From Mobula hypostoma (lineage: Eukaryota), in assembly GCF_963921235.1 (NCBI RefSeq), contig NC_086097.1, forward strand, positions 235,912,001 to 235,976,000: 64,000 bases of DNA, given 5' to 3'. Below are positions 63,433 to 64,000 of the stretch, one piece after another (within the stretch, counting starts at the first letter, position 1; each line of letters begins with the position of its first letter). The position numbers were made by a program, and so were the translations under genes. The notes under the pieces were generated by a model. The model saw only the letters and a program-made list of their open reading frames with translations. It ran no database searches and was not told where the DNA came from.

Positions 63433-64000
63433 TGTTATCAAAATACATATATGTCACCATATACAACCCTGAGATTCATCTTCTTGTGGGCATACTTAGC
63501 AAATCTATAGAATAGTAACTATAACAGGATCAATGAAAGATCAACCAGAGTTCAAAAGACCAAAAACTGTGCAAATGCACAGATTTCAACACACGTGCTA
63601 GTAATAATAAACCTGATTCTAATTCTGAAATGCAACTATAAATAAATAGTAATAAATAATGAAAACATAAGAGAATGAGATAAACAGTCCTTAAAAGTGA
63701 GATCATCGGTTGTGGGAACAGTTCAATAATGGGGCAAGAGCATGTAGTTATTCCCTTTTATTTATGAGCCTAATGATTGAACCTGGTGGTATGAGTCGTG
63801 AGGATATTGTATTCAGCAGTGAGAAGAGAGCATGCCCTGCGTGGTGGGGATCTACGATGATGGATGCTGCTTTCCTCCAAAAAGGTTTCATGTAGATGTG
63901 CTCAAAGGTTGGGAGGGCTTTACCCTGGGCTGAATCTGTGACTTTTTAATAGGATATTCTGTTCAAGGACATTGGTGTTTCCATACCAGGCTGTGATGCA

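Larger units (their letters stand above)
62510..64000 (-). mobile_element. Rex1/Babar 3' fragment split by a PLE, running off the window
   Basis: (AAAGTTC)n tail at 62511. After 63433 it continues into GATGGATGCTGCTTT..GTAGATG..GGGAGGG..CCATACCAGGCTGTGATGCA (reverse complement of CITAWYG..KAASI). Confidence 0.75.

Overview
Repeat-dense vertebrate genomic DNA. The repeat repertoire (CR1 LINEs with (TTTCTATG)n tails, HE1/V-SINE-like SINEs, Rex1/Babar, L1, Penelope-like elements) points to a cartilaginous fish, probably a ray or skate; this is an inference. I could not confidently identify any host protein-coding exon, rRNA or tRNA gene. Every long ORF in the track is a retrotransposon remnant or its antisense shadow. 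The window holds many CR1 fragments (one young family in several near-identical copies), an L1 3' end, Rex1/Babar tails, two solo LTRs with target-site duplications (TSDs), a Tc1 remnant, an 80-bp hAT MITE, tRNA-derived SINEs and about 10 Penelope-like (PLE) fragments whose pseudo-LTRs carry minimal hammerhead ribozyme motifs (one perfect, at 62611-62648 on the minus strand). The most notable non-TE signal is a ~120-bp imperfect inverted repeat (33718-33836 / 34514-34637) in otherwise unique sequence. Its mismatches favour G-U pairs on the minus strand, and its upstream arm runs exactly from a candidate 3' splice site to an AATAAA. This suggests a long-range RNA duplex acting on a terminal exon or as an ADAR substrate. 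Coordinates of old, degenerate repeats are approximate.
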